Assembly (NCBI GenBank): GCA_028534125.1
Contig: CM052816.1
Coordinates: forward strand, 63,118,001 to 63,182,000
Source: Lama glama
Taxonomy: Eukaryota
Direction of reading: 5' to 3'
DNA length: 64,000 nt
Shown here in pieces: positions 1 through 12,405 of this stretch. The notes under the pieces are model-generated. The model was not told the origin of the DNA. It did not search any database and worked only from the letters and a program-made list of their open reading frames with translations. Numbering within the stretch: position 1 is the first letter of the stretch; each line of letters starts with the position of its first letter. Position numbers and translations under genes: made by a program.

Positions 1-323
1 CATCTTAGGTCTTCAAGCTTTTTTTGAACAAGTCCTTCTTTCTCTTCTCTAAGTTGTTAGTGATTTTACTGATATTAATCAGACTTCCGCTCAGTCTTTG
101 GTTTTCTAAATGGAGGTCTAATATTTGCAGTACGTTTTCACACAGGAGCCCCTACTCTCACCCCAGTTCCCCAGCCTCTTTCTCCTCATGGATGTGGCAT
201 ACATACACACATATATTCTCTTTTCAGTTGCTTTTTTTCTGGCTTTCTCTAATATGCTTTTCATAGTTCTGGTACAGATGTATCACGATTTGTAGAAGAA
301 AGACAACATCTTGTTTTCAGTAC

Positions 324-433
324 CTCCCTTGAAGATGCTCAACATTATGTTTGACCTTCTGATGTCAGTAGTATTTTGAATGAACATCCTTGGGGTTGTT
401 CATTGCTACTCATGCATTTCCAAAATTTGTTGG
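324..433 (-). pseudogene. Candidate pseudo-exon QQILEMHE*Q*TTPRMFIQNTTDIRRSNIMLSIFKG
   Basis: Acceptor gacattatag, donor GAG|gtactg, 110 nt, phase 2 to 1. Confidence 0.3.
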
Positions 434-618
434 CTATAATGTCAAATATAAGTTGATAATCTGAGTTGGGGATGGCATAAAAATGAGGTTGATGGGAAGT
501 GAGTTTGGCATACTCAACACACCTGAGGAATATAAAGACAGCTCAACTCTGAATGCTCTATGCCACGCATTCCATTAATCAGGGCAGGGAAGGAGTCCCT
601 GGGCACCTGTGTGTTTAC

Positions 619-718
619 CCCATAACAGGTCATTGATGATGTGAAGACAAATACTTCATCTTTGAAAAGTCAAGGATCGCTTCCCAAAATGGTTTTGTCC
701 TTCCCACCTCGGAAAAGC
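619..718 (-). pseudogene. Candidate pseudo-exon FSEVGRTKPFWEAILDFSKMKYLSSHHQ*PVM
   Basis: Strong acceptor atttttctccttcag, donor GGG|gtaaac, 100 nt, phase 1 to 2. Confidence 0.4.
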
Positions 719-1221
719 CTGAAGGAGAAAAATAATCCTGAATGTGCTGTTGAAGCTATAAGGGAAAAGACATAAAAGGAAGGTTTTCTGCACTTTGAAA
801 TGTGTACAAAGAGAGGATGAATATATGCCAAAGACAGCTGGTTGACCTAGATGTATCAGTACCCTATAGCTGAATTCATCTTAGTGCACAAGCCACTTAC
901 CATCTTGACTAGAGATAAACTGCCTGTTCTGAAAGGCGGGGGGGCAAAGCCTTGCTTTTTTTTTTTTTTTTTTTGACTTGTTATTCTCACTTGAGGAAAA
1001 AAATGATCTTCAAACATATTGTTTATTCTGAGTCATGAGTTTGAAAAAAGGAACCTTAAAAATGTAAAATGAAGGTCTGGTCTGTACTTTCTGAGGAAAA
1101 TAATAGCATGCTATAGAATATTTTTGACACTCCAGGAAAGACAGTAATTGCCTGTGTAACTTGGAACACATACTCATTGTTCCTTTTTTGGAATCTTCCA
1201 TTCTCGAAGATCACTTCATTA

Positions 1222-1430
1222 AGTGGTTCTCAACATGGGCAACTCTGATCCCTGAAGGACCTTTGGCAAATGTCTGGGACTTGTGGCAATGTCTAGGGGC
1301 TGGGGTGCTACTGGCATCTACCAGGGAGAGACCAGAGATACCGTTAAATATCCCCTGGTGCACAAAGCAATCCCCTACACAAAAAATTTTCCAGCCCAAA
1401 ATGTCAGCAGTGCCAAAATCAGGAAGCCTT
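1222..1430 (+). mobile_element. MER20-like hAT-Charlie DNA transposon
   Basis: agtggttctcaac...tttggcaaatgtctgg...gctactggcatcta...ccagcccaaaatgtcagcagtgcc matches the MER20 consensus as I recall it. Confidence 0.8.
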
Positions 1431-1528
1431 ACAATGAGATGAGAAAGGTTCCTGAGAAAGGAAGGCTGATGCAAACAGCTGACTACTGGGGCAGTGCCTC
1501 TTTAGGGAGGCTGGCGAACCTCCCTCAC

Positions 1529-1672
1529 CACTTCCTGGTTCCTCTGGAAGTCTGAAGAATTGACCAAGCCACATAAGGACAGTTTTATTATACAGAACAC
1601 AGAGCTGCATAAAGCTGGTTTGGAGAATGCCAGAAGAAACTGAGGCTGAATCCAAGCTTTCTCATCCTTTTC
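1529..1672 (-). pseudogene. Candidate pseudo-exon KG*ESLDSASVSSGILQTSFMQLCVLYNKTVLMWLGQFFRLPEEPGS
   Basis: Acceptor ctccaagtacag, donor GTG|gtgagg, 144 nt, phase 1 to 1. Confidence 0.4.
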
Positions 1673-1989
1673 CTGTACTTGGAGGCAGCTAGTCACCCAG
1701 AACAAGCCTGACCCATTTTAACTACCTAAGAGGTGCCCAGGAACTGGCACAGTCACCCACCATGATTAAATATCACTTCAGTACCCCTACCTCCCGGGAA
1801 GCAGAACTGAAGAACCCTTCACTCTATAGAAACGTGGTAGAAGGGTGAATAAGTGTTACCCCCAATCACCAAATCCCGTAAGTGTCAAAAAGCCTTGTTT
1901 GCACAGGAACAGCATGATGGGCAGGTCCGACAGGGCAAGGCAGTGGTTTGTGGTTCTCTTAATTCACAAGATAACTGTCTCTCTCTCCT

Positions 1990-2412
1990 GCCCTTCTCTT
2001 GGCCACTCATTCCACTCTAGCCATACCAGTCTACTTGCTGGTCCTCGAATGTGCCAAGCATGTGTCAAACACTCCAGCACAAGCTGCCGCACTTACCCAT
2101 CCTCTAGTAGAATGTTCTTTGTCCAGAAATCCCTTACTTCAGTCAGATCTCTGCTCAAATGATACACTCACTGACCACCCATTGGTACACCTCCCACCCC
2201 CACCATTCATTCAGCTCCTACTCTGATTTACTTTTCTTACATATTTAACACAACCCGCCATGTTACATACATCTGCTCACTGTCTCTCTTCCTTCTCCCT
2301 GCCGGGATATAGGCTCCATGAGAGCAGAGACCTCAGCTAATTGCTTCGTGTTGTATCCCCAGTGCCTGGAAGATTGCCTGGCACACTGTCGACTCTCAAT
2401 ACACGTTTGATA
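1990..2412 (+). mobile_element. L2 LINE 3' end
   Basis: ctctgctcaaatg...ctccatgagagcagagacc...gtatccccagtgcctgg...tgcctggcaca...ctcaata are typical L2 3' terminal motifs. Confidence 0.7.
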
Positions 2413-2952
2413 CATAAATATTTTAAATGGCTTTCTATTTTCTTGTTCTCTCCATTTTCCCTCTATTAACTTTTCCTAAAACTCTTAAAACCCACCATGT
2501 TCTGATTTTTGTTTTATCCACTTTTATTTCTTTGACTAAGTTTTAAGCCAGTCACTGTTACAAACCAATGTGTTAGCCCTTAGGTCTAAAAAGTTTGCTG
2601 AACTTTCAGCAAACAGTACTGAACACCTGCTGTAAATGATGATTCTAGGTGAAGCAAAAAGAGTGGGAGGGAGCCTGGCCTTGACCTCTTAGAGAAAAGT
2701 AAGAGAGAGAAAGTGCTCACACCTACACTTTAATGCAAGAACACATGAGATCTATACCCTAATAAAGAACAGTGCTATGGAGTGGGGATGGGGTCATAAA
2801 GAGGCCAGATGATTCTGTCTATGGAGATTATGAAAGGCTTCCTAGAAGAACTGGTGTTTGAAAAGAAACTAGGAAAATGGTCATCAGTTAAACAAGCAGG
2901 ATTGGGGAGAAAAAACAGTCCAGGTAGAGTCATGAGAAAATAAGTGGCAGAT

Positions 2953-3843
2953 ACAATAGACATATGAAAAGTGTTCAATATCACTAATTATCAGAGAAAT
3001 GCAAATCAAAACTACAATGAGATATCAGCTCATACTAGTCAGAATGGCCATCATTCTAAAGTCCACGAACAATAAATGCTGCAGAGGCTGTGGAGAAAAG
3101 GGATTCCTACTGTTGGTAGGAATGTAGTTTGGTGCAGCCATTATGGAAAACAGTATGGTATTTCTTCAAAACACTAAAACTAGATTTACCATATGATCCA
3201 GCAATCTCACTTCTGGGTATATATCCGGAGGGAAATCTAATGCAAAAAGATACGTGCATCCCAATGTTCATAGCAGCACTATTTACAATAGTCAAGATAT
3301 GGAACCAACCTAAATGTCCATCGACAGAAGACTGGATAAAGAAGTTATGGTATATTTATTCAATGGAATACTATTCTGCCATAAAAAATAAAATAATGCC
3401 ACTTGCGGCAACATGGATGGACCTAAGAGGTTGTCATTCTAAGTGAAGTAGCCAGAAAGAGACAGAAAAATACCATATAATATCACTTATATTTGGAATC
3501 TTAAAAAAAAAAAAGGGGGGCACTATCTATGAACTCATCTACAAACAAACAGAAACAGACTCACAGACTTAGTTAGTAAACAATCTTATGGTTACTACGG
3601 AAAGGGGGTGGGAGGGGATAAATTTGGGAGTTTGAGATTTACAAATGTTGGCCACTATATGTAAACACAGATTTTTTAAGAGTTTCTTTTGTATAGCACA
3701 GGAAACTACGTTCAATATCTTGTAATAACTTTTAATGGAAACAAATATGAAAATAAATGTGCATGTGTATATGCATGACTGGGACATTGTGCTGTACACC
3801 AGAGATTAACACATTGTAATTGACTTTATTTCAATTAAAAAAA
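2953..3843 (+). mobile_element. 5'-truncated lineage-specific L1 (ORF2 C-terminus, 3'UTR, polyA)
   Basis: ORF 3129-3446 (VQPLWKTVW...[14 protein letters not shown]...[12 protein letters not shown]...WNQPKCPS) is the L1 ORF2 C-terminus. Ends caattaaaaaaaa. Imperfect TSD agaaaa(t/g)aagtggca(g/a)at at 2935-2952 and 3844-3861. Confidence 0.93.
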
Positions 3844-4150
3844 AGAAAAGAAGTGGCAAATGTATTAGACTAATAGAGTTTGGTGACAGAGTAGATAGGG
3901 AGATGAAATGAATTAATCAACCTGAATCTTAAGGAGTCTACTGAAATATGATAAATGGTAGCTCCAAGACTTCATCATGGTATGACTATGATACAAGTGA
4001 CAATGCTCGATGCCAGCATCAGCATCAGAAAGGGGCACCTTTTGGGTGAGAAATGATTCATTTGGCTTCTGTCATCATGAGTTTCTGTCATATTGGTTCT
4101 GTCATCTTAAGATTCCAGAACAGCCCCCGGAGTGTGGTAGAGCCTTGTAC

Positions 4151-4188
4151 CTGGCTGTGTGTCTTCACAGCTTTGCTCTGTAGCCTTC
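4151..4188 (-). pseudogene. Candidate short pseudo-exon KATEQSCEDTQP
   Basis: Acceptor ctgagtttctag, donor CAG|gtacaa, 38 nt. Phase 2 to 1 bridges the two neighbouring segments. Confidence 0.25.
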
Positions 4189-4424
4189 CTAGAAACTCAG
4201 TAAGCCAAATAATATCATTAATAACGTTATTTCTCCTCATAAAATAGCCAGCGTGCATTCTGTTGTTTGTCAGTAGGACTACTGAGCAATACAAAGACCA
4301 CCAAGCTTTATTTCCTGTAGACCTCAACCAATTCTATTAGGATGACCCTTACGAAATTGACATTTGTACAGGTCAAAAATGGTCAAATGCTGGCAATTTT
4401 ATGCTAATGCTATGATGATAAACA

Positions 4425-4600
4425 CATACTCTGGAGTCAAAGAAACCTGGGCTTAAACCCTAGCTCAGAATTCATCTGCTGTGTGGTTTATACTAAGTCT
4501 CGGTGTTCTTAGCAGTAATATAGGAATAGTGATCTGAGGGGTTTGTAGGTAGTGTGAGGATTAAGTGAAAAGCTAAAAGGGAAGCAGAATACTAGGCACA
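4425..4600 (+). mobile_element. MIR SINE fragment
   Basis: actctggagtcaaag...cctgggcttaaaccctagctc...gctgtgtg...gtgaggattaagtga. Confidence 0.6.
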
Positions 4601-4794
4601 TCTTATCCTTCTTCTCTGACTGCAGAGGAATAATGTCCTTCCTTACCTGCAAGGTTGCCTCTGTCTTTTCTCTTGTTCTTCCATCATCATTGCTCCCCTA
4701 ATATCCCCTCCATCCCACACCTTCCATCAATTTCTCTCTATTCTTTGCAATCAGGCTTAGGTCTTCAATACCAGGACAAAATGTGCTTGGCTCT

Positions 4795-5101
4795 TGCTAT
4801 GGCCTGAATGTTTGTGTCCCCCAAAATTCCTAAGTTGAAACTTAATCTCCAATGTGAGGGCTTTTGGAAATGGGGTTTGGAGAAGTGATTAGATCCTGAG
4901 CACAGAGCGCTAACTAATGGGATTAATCCTCTTATATAAGAGGTCCCAGAGAGCTCCATTGGCCATTCTGCCATGTAAAGACACCATAAAAAGACAGCCA
5001 CCTACAAACCAGGCAACAGGCCCTCACAAGACATAAAACTCTATCGGCCCCTTGATCTTGGATTTCCAGGCCTCCAGAGCTATGAGAAGTAAATTTCTGT
5101 T
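4795..5101 (+). mobile_element. MaLR solo LTR, MLT1A-like
   Basis: Starts tgctatggcctgaatgtttgtgtccccc and contains cttgatcttggatttccaggcctccagagctatgagaagtaaatttctgtt. Confidence 0.85.
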
Positions 5102-5505
5102 TATCATTTCAAACATCACCAATGACCTCTAAGTGAACCCATTTAGTGATCCATTTTAAAGTATAGCCTCTTTTGATTTCTTTGAATTATTTGAAACTGG
5201 CAACCACCTATTCTGTCACAAAACCCCTCTAAGATTTCAAGACCTGAAACCTTCCTAGGTATCCCTTCCATGCCGACATCAAGTCCATCACTGACTCACG
5301 TTATTCTTCCTTCTCAGTGTCTCTCATTCTTATTCCCCACATTCCAGCCATCCTTTTCCTATTTAAATATTTATATCAGTCTTCACTCTATCTAAAATTT
5401 GTCACCAAAGGAAAAGCATATATGAGTAAATGATTTCTTTTCAGTTTTCAATTAAACTAGTGAGCAGACAAGGGAAACAACAATGACAACAGTGACTGTT
5501 CATAC

Positions 5506-5633
5506 CAACTGGGTGGGAGTCTCAGAAACCAGTTCTGTTGAAGGCATTGCTGCATTCATTTCAACACAGGCCAAGTTAATGCACTCGAATCAGGATCCAC
5601 GCCTATGAAGCTTTCTCTGGGCGAAAGCCTGAC
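5506..5633 (-). pseudogene. Candidate pseudo-exon VRLSPRESFIGVDPDSSALTWPVLK*MQQCLQQNWFLRLPPS
   Basis: Acceptor ccctgtaatctttgaag, donor TTG|gtatga, 128 nt, phase 0 to 2. Confidence 0.35.
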
Positions 5634-7593
5634 CTTCAAAGATTACAGGGAGAGCATAGGGTAAGGGTGAGCTGTTCAGGAAAAGGAAAACTACAAAGAG
5701 ATTAATTGCTTCCCCTGCTAAAGCCTTATCAGTGCCTTTCACAATGCCCTACCTATCTCCTTGAGCACATACTGAAAAATTAATCCCTGGGGCCTTGGAT
5801 AAACTTGATAGTAGCTGCTGCCTTTTCTCTTTAAATTTATCTTCCATTAATAATAATCTCTGAGTCTTACAATATAAGACTTGTTTTGCCCCAAAACACG
5901 TTTTCCATGAAATCCTTAAACTAGATAGCCTTCTTATTATTCTGAGTTTAAATTTGGATCTGTCTTTAATATATCTGAAATTGTTACCAAAGAAAAATTA
6001 TAACTGAGCTGACTGCATAACTCTTTAAATTCACAGTTAAAATTGAGTTCTGAAATTCATTTCTGTGTAACTGTTTTTCAAAAAACAATTTACACTTCAG
6101 TGAAATATTCAAAGCACGTTGTATGTTTTTGAAGAGGCTGTTTCTCTATTTGTAAGAGAACACAATTTAAGTGTAATTTATTTGCAGTGTTTTCATCAAA
6201 AACATCCAGAGGATTTCATATTTTCCCCCTTGAATAAATCAGATAAATGTTATTACTATAAGTTGGCAGGGGGACGTGTATTTTTACATTTGTGAAGTAT
6301 TTTAATTTGAAGATAATATATTCAAATATACTTTTGGTGACAAGGGTTCTAACTGGAGCATCTTTCTGGCTTTTATTTTCTTTTTCCTAATATAACTAAT
6401 CTTTCTTTTTGCTATGTTCAAGTCTTTCCACCTTTCCTGATACAGCAACAACAAATATTTTCTCCAATCTTCAAGACTGAAAGTTTTATAAAATACTATA
6501 CTTTTTTTTTCCAGTTAAAGTAGAATTTTTCATCTCTGGAAAGAAAATGAAATAAGAACCAACAGAAAATGAGGCTAAAATCACCTTGTCAGGAATGACT
6601 AAAGGCTACAGAGAAAACGAGCAAGGAAAAAAAGAAACAAACATTCAAATGAATATAAATGGATCCAGCCAGACTGCAAAAGAGAAGCAAGTGAGTCTCT
6701 GAGGAAAATGGCAAAAAGTGCTTAGGAAGTGCACAAAAATCCCTCTGCTCAGCTCTTCTTGCTTCATTGCACTTCTTTGGTGTTCTTGGTAAACTTACAG
6801 ACCCCTGTTGCTTATTTTACTCATGTGATCCTCCCCTGATCACTAGAGCTCCATTCTGCCTTTCCAGAAGGCAAACCAAACTGATAAATATTTGGCGTGG
6901 CTTCGCCCACCCCAGGATGGGGAACTCTAAGGAGGCACAAAGACAGCACCAAACCATGAGTGAGGAGGCCTTCATTCTGGCCCCATGTCTACTTCTCAAA
7001 AAAAGTGTCTCTTTCTTAAAAATTAAGAAAATACATGGCCCTACCAAATAAGTTGCTCTAGCAAGTGACAGATGTTAAGATGTCAGCATGATGAGCAGCA
7101 ATAAGAGACCAAAGCTTGAACTGTCCAAAGAGACATCAAACCAAATTCAGGAACTAGCACATAAGTTTCCTATAAATATTTGTTGAATGAGGAAGTGAAT
7201 GACTGAATACATGCAAGCATCTGTTGGTAGACAATGCCTGCCCAATCAGTGGAAAAAGAGAAGCTGGAACTGTCTGTAATAAGATAAACAGACACAGATA
7301 TTTAGACATAGTCATGACTCTCCTGCAAACATAAAATCAATATGTGTCAAAAATTGTATTTAACTCATTCAATAATGCGGAATCAAGTAAGGTATAGAAA
7401 ATCAGATCAAAGGAGAATCTGAAGAACAAACACAAACATAGGCAATCAAAAATGTTGAAATGAATTTGCTAATAGATGTAAAACTAGCAAATATCCACAT
7501 GATAAGCATCATTGACATCTCCACTGGCCAAAATTTGCTTGCATCTTTATGGACAAAAATAATGTGCAGTACCATCAATTTTCTACAACTTAC

Positions 7594-7799
7594 AGTGTTG
7601 TAAAGCAGATCAAAGACAATGAAAGATACAGATTCGTGGATGGAGAAGACTCCCAGAAAAGCATACTAGATATCTTCTAGCTTTCATGGAAAGAACACCC
7701 TGCTGGTCATCTTTTTTACCATTTTCATTTTTTTTCACATATCTGCTTGATATGGTGGAAGTATGAATTACTTTCTGCCTCTTTGTATTTGTATTCAAC
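7594..7799 (-). pseudogene. Candidate pseudo-exon VEYKYKEAESNSYFHHIKQICEKK/MKMVKKMTSRVFFP*KLEDI*YAFLGVFSIHESVSFIVFDLLYNT
   Basis: Acceptor tttttctgggtag, consensus donor ACT|gtaagt, 206 nt. One frameshift in an A8 run restores phase 0 to 0. Confidence 0.5.
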
Positions 7800-9117
7800 C
7801 TACCCAGAAAAATCCCAAAACCTCACTGAATCAGCTATGTTCTTTCTCCTTGCCTTCACCAGAGAAAATCCCCTAATGACAAAGACCATAAATTCATAAT
7901 GCTCACGAGCAATTTGATATGACCTTCAGGAATTCTATGGCATTTCTGTGGTCACTTCACTGTCCCACTCCATACAACACCTATGTACAATACTCTCCTC
8001 TCTCATAAAAATCTCTGATCATAGTAATCTTCAAAATATTTAGCTGCCAGGAAGGTAGCAGCACCTACCAGCCAGAGCAGGGGCTGTGTGTAGCGCTGGT
8101 ATCAGACAGTGCTACCCTCCAGATGCCGGAGCACGGGATGGTCTGGGGGTCCTGGCTAAGGGTGGGGCACAGAAATAGGGGCAAATGGGGACCCCTGCGT
8201 AGCACAGCTTAGGAGTAGCCCCATATTTCACCTACCAATAAGGCTATAATTCCCCATGTTTCCAATTCACTCACTTCCCACTTATCTCAACAGATTGCCT
8301 CACCTCCTATTCCACGGGAAAAACTCAAACCATCAGAAACCCCTTAGCTTTCAGCTTCTCCTCCTACTGCATTTACCCCATCCTCTTCTCATTCCTGGAT
8401 GTACAGGGAATCTGTAAGACACACAGAGTGTAGCTGACATCTGATATAAACAGGTAACAGAAGAGGGGAAAAAAAGACAAGACTGGGCTAAAATAGCAGT
8501 TATCTGGAGGATAGGAAGGGGACGCTGAAAGGAAGCAGATACCACTGCTTAGTCTATTTTATGTTTCATCCTACAGAAACTACAGAAAACCACAGGACAG
8601 TGTGAACAAGAATGATAAAATATACACAGCTTCTGTAACAGGTTCCCTTCGAGGAAAATTTGTTATGAGTCACTTCAAAAGGTTGAGAGAGTCATTTCCC
8701 AGCATGAATATATTAGAGAGTCCGATTATAAATTCAACTGAAATAAACCCAAGGGACATTTGCAATATATCAAATCCCTAAAAATAAAAGTTTGATGTGT
8801 GCTTTAGACCAGTAGAGAAATTGAGTTTATTTTGAGGACAGCACCAAGATACAAAAGATCAGAAATGCTAGAAAACTTTCTGTACTTCCACTTAGCACAT
8901 AAGGATAAAAATTCTGTTCATCCCTTCAGGAATGAGAAAGAGATTCATGTACTAGAAGGGTGTCTAGCTGACACTGTAAAAGGAACAGCCCTCTGTGAAG
9001 TAACGGACCAGGCACCAGGGTCAGTGTCCTCCAACAGGAGTTCAAGAAATGAAAACATTCGGTATGGAACACTTAAAGCTGGCATTCATAAAGACAGTTT
9101 TTGTACATATTTTGACC

Positions 9118-9302
9118 AGTAGTTCTTAAAATTGAGCTTACATCAGAATTTTCTGGATGGCTTGATAAAACAGATTGCTGGGCCCCACTCCCAGAGTTCC
9201 TAAATCCAATAGGTCTGGGACTCAGGTCAAGAATTTGCATTTCTACAAGTTCCCACGTAATATTGGTGCAGTGGTCCAAGGGGCCACACTTGAGAATCAC
9301 TG
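9118..9302 (+). mobile_element. MER5A hAT-Charlie MITE
   Basis: Termini cagtagttcttaaa...ttgagaatcactg, internal acagattgctgggccccactcccagag and aagaatttgcatttctacaagttccca. Confidence 0.85.
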
Positions 9303-10500
9303 GTCTAAACTATATTCTAAAAATAAAATAAACCAATGGGAAAATACTTACTTGAGTGAACGGAGAGGAAATGGATTAATGGCAAATTTTGAAAAAAAAA
9401 AAAAAAAGAAAGAAAAAAACCAACCAACCAACCCTGAAGAAATAATTCATAGGAGCTTCTGACCAAATGTAACGTTAATGAACTCAGTACATCACAGCTG
9501 AAGAAAATAAACTCTCCTTTCTCAAAGTGCTTTTGCCATTGTCTTCCAGGTATCACATCATTTGTTTTAAAAATCTGCTCCCCATTTGGTTGGCTTTTAT
9601 GGCTTTTGCCATTTCTCTGAGATTTCCCTTTCTCTTACACCACTGTCCATCAAATGATTTCCTGATACGTCTCAGCTCTCTTTTCCCTTGGTTCTGGGAA
9701 CTCCATTCCACACAGCACACAGTTCTGATGGGCATCAGTAATCACTGAATCCCCTAGGTTCTTTCTGGTGTTTTGGTTTCACCCCCAGCTGATTTCGACT
9801 TACTAAAAACCAGGCTAACTAAAAGAGGACACTGTAAAATTAGACACTAATGCAATGTGGACGGGAGGGTCTCAGCTCAGAGCACACCCCACCTTGTTTT
9901 GGTGGGGGCGGCACAGTCCACCCACACAGCATACAAGGGCTATTTACTCAGCTGGCTCTGCTGCTGGTCAGACACACCCAGAGGACGGTGAGTCTAGATA
10001 GGACCAGCCCTCTGCACAAGGCAGCAGTGGATGAGGCTGAGCAGTACTGCACAGAAGCCCACCCAGGGATATGAAAATGAAGAAGAACAAAAAAAGAAGA
10101 TATTGTAGCTGCACCTATATTTAAGAAGAAAAGTTAACAAAAGAATGCAGATGGGTGGGATTCTTCTTTTTCAAAAATCCATGGGAAATCAAAGTTATTT
10201 AGAAGCTTGCAGAACCAGAGATTCATGGATGCTTCTGTCACCTGATTCAGAATGCAGTAAATTGTGCTGGGGAGGGTACAATGGGAGGAGGGAGGGTAGT
10301 ACATTAACATAGCACAGATAGCTGAAATAGCAACACTCATCAGTGACTTTTAAAGTTTATATAGTAAAGCTCAAGTGTTAGAAAATCACTTGAAATCACT
10401 TGTTTTCCAATCACTTGAAATTGATTTCCAAAAAATGGTATTTCTAGACCATATAACATTCCTTCAAAACAGTTCCTAAGAGATTCTAAGAATTGTTTTT

Positions 10501-10918
10501 TGTGATGGTCAGTTTCATCACCCTAGTCAACTTGGCTAGGGTATAGTCCCCAGTGATGCAATCAAACGCTATAATCTAGGTGCTGCTGAAGATATTTTGT
10601 AGATGTAATTTAAGTCTGTAATCAGTTGACTCTAAGTAGCAGGGATTATTTTTAGATCATCAAGCTGGTCCCAACTCAATCAACTGATAGACGGTAAGAC
10701 TGGAACTGATCATTCCTTGATGAAGAAATTTTGCCTGTGGACTGTACCTTTAATTTGAGCCAGAGAGTTCCAGGCTGCCCTTTTTGGCAGCCTACCCTGT
10801 GGATTTCAGACTTGTCTAGCCACAGCCCTCACAATCACATAAGCCAAAGTCATGCAATAAGTCGATTAATATATATCTCCTGCTGGCTCTATTTCTCTGA
10901 TTGAATCCTGACTGATAT
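10501..10918 (+). mobile_element. ERVL solo LTR, MLT2-family
   Basis: Starts tgtgatggtcagtttcat...gtcaacttggctaggg and ends ctatttctctg...aatcctgactgatata. Confidence 0.85.
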
Positions 10919-11309
10919 ATTTTCCATCTGTAACTGTTCATCATGTCACATATCTGCCTCCTGCTGATGTCCTCAGGCCAGTTTCTTAGATATACTACAT
11001 CTATTTTCCACTATCTAATAAATATGCCAGAAAGGCACAATTTGGTAACCACTAAGAGTTAGTGTAGAATTTATGTTTAAGACAGTGATCATAGTCTAAT
11101 TTACCTATTAAGTGAGCAAATAGTATTTTTCATAGAGGAAAAGCATTGTGTACTACTCATAAGACAGAAAAAAAATGTCTTTTAATTTTGTCTTCTATGG
11201 CATATGTGGAACCACACAAGAGAAAAAAATTCCTAGAAGACTGGAAGTGATTGCCAGGAAAGTGAGTGGACAAGATTCCCAGCAACTCCAAAGTCAAAGT
11301 AATAATTGT

Positions 11310-11520
11310 TGTAACTAACATTAGAGCACTATTCCTAGTGCTTTATAAATAGTAACTCAAGCTTCATAACTCTGCAATGAAGTAGATGCTAGAATTACAC
11401 CCATTCTACAGGTATGAAAACTGAGGCAAGAATAATGAAGCAGTTTACCCTAAATCACTCTGACAGTAAAGTAGCAGAAATAAATATTGGACCTAGACTG
11501 GCTCTAGAATCTGCACTCGC
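11310..11520 (-). mobile_element. MIR SINE
   Basis: cccattctacaggtatgaaaactgaggca is the reverse MIR core. Confidence 0.7.
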
Positions 11521-11859
11521 AATCCCCTAACACCCTGTGACCCTCAGAAGCAGGAATTGTCAAGTGGGATGGAAGTGGGGCCATTTAGAATCTACCATTA
11601 ACTGCATAAAGTAGAATGCTAGTATGAAGACTGGAGTAAAGACAGGGCCCATTCTTAGTCTCATTCCCACCTGGAGTAGATGGTGTGCTAAGTGAGTCAT
11701 TGTTCCCAAGGCAGGTGGTGCTAGATAGAGAAGGGTGTCACCAAATAAATCTTAGGCTACTGTGATAAATAAAGAAATTCTTTTTTCTCACCCCACAATG
11801 AATCAGTTGTCCATTCCTCTTCATAGGACTGTCCCACCTAAATACTCCTTACATACATT

Positions 11860-12405
11860 CACTTAGTTCCAGCACCATTACAGCAAGCCTGGTCCAAGCC
11901 ACAGTCACGTCCTGTCTGGCCGGACGGCTGCAAGACCATTTCAAAGCGGTCTCCCATATCCACTTGGCCCCTACAGTCTGTCCTCCACAATGGAAACCAG
12001 AGTGGGCCTTTCAAAACATAACTTAAATACACCGTTCACCCACTGCATATCCGTCATGTCCACTGGTTTGGGACTATTCCTGGTGTTCTTAATATGGCCA
12101 GTGGAGTCCTGCGTGATCCGGCCTCTCCTCCCTCCCTGGACTCCTCTCTACGTTCACCACACTCTTCACAGTTGTCTCTTGTAAATCCCTCCAATTCACC
12201 AGGAACCCAGTAAGTTTCCATAACCCTTGTCACTATTGGTAACTAAGTATATTTTTGTGTAATTATCTGATACACGACTTCTCTAAGTGTTTGTAAACCA
12301 AGTAAGAGCAAGAACTGGGTCTGTCACATTCACTGTCATATCTTCAGTGCCCAGCAGTGTCAGATGCAGAGCTGGCCCTTAGGAAATATCAGTTAAATAG
12401 ATTAA
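11860..12405 (+). mobile_element. L2 fragments
   Basis: cctggtccaagccac...ctacagtctgtcctccaca...cctttcaaaacata and the 3' motif ttcactgtcatatcttcagtgcccagcagtg. Confidence 0.6.

Noticed and set aside
5550..5660. Plus-strand exon-like segment (QVNALESGSTPMKLSLGESLTFKDYRESIG, GG|gtaagg); similar candidates at 43916-43991 and 58991-59034
   Set aside because: Isolated candidates with no coherent plus-strand chain. They also show that good-looking splice pairs arise by chance, which limits confidence in the minus-strand model.
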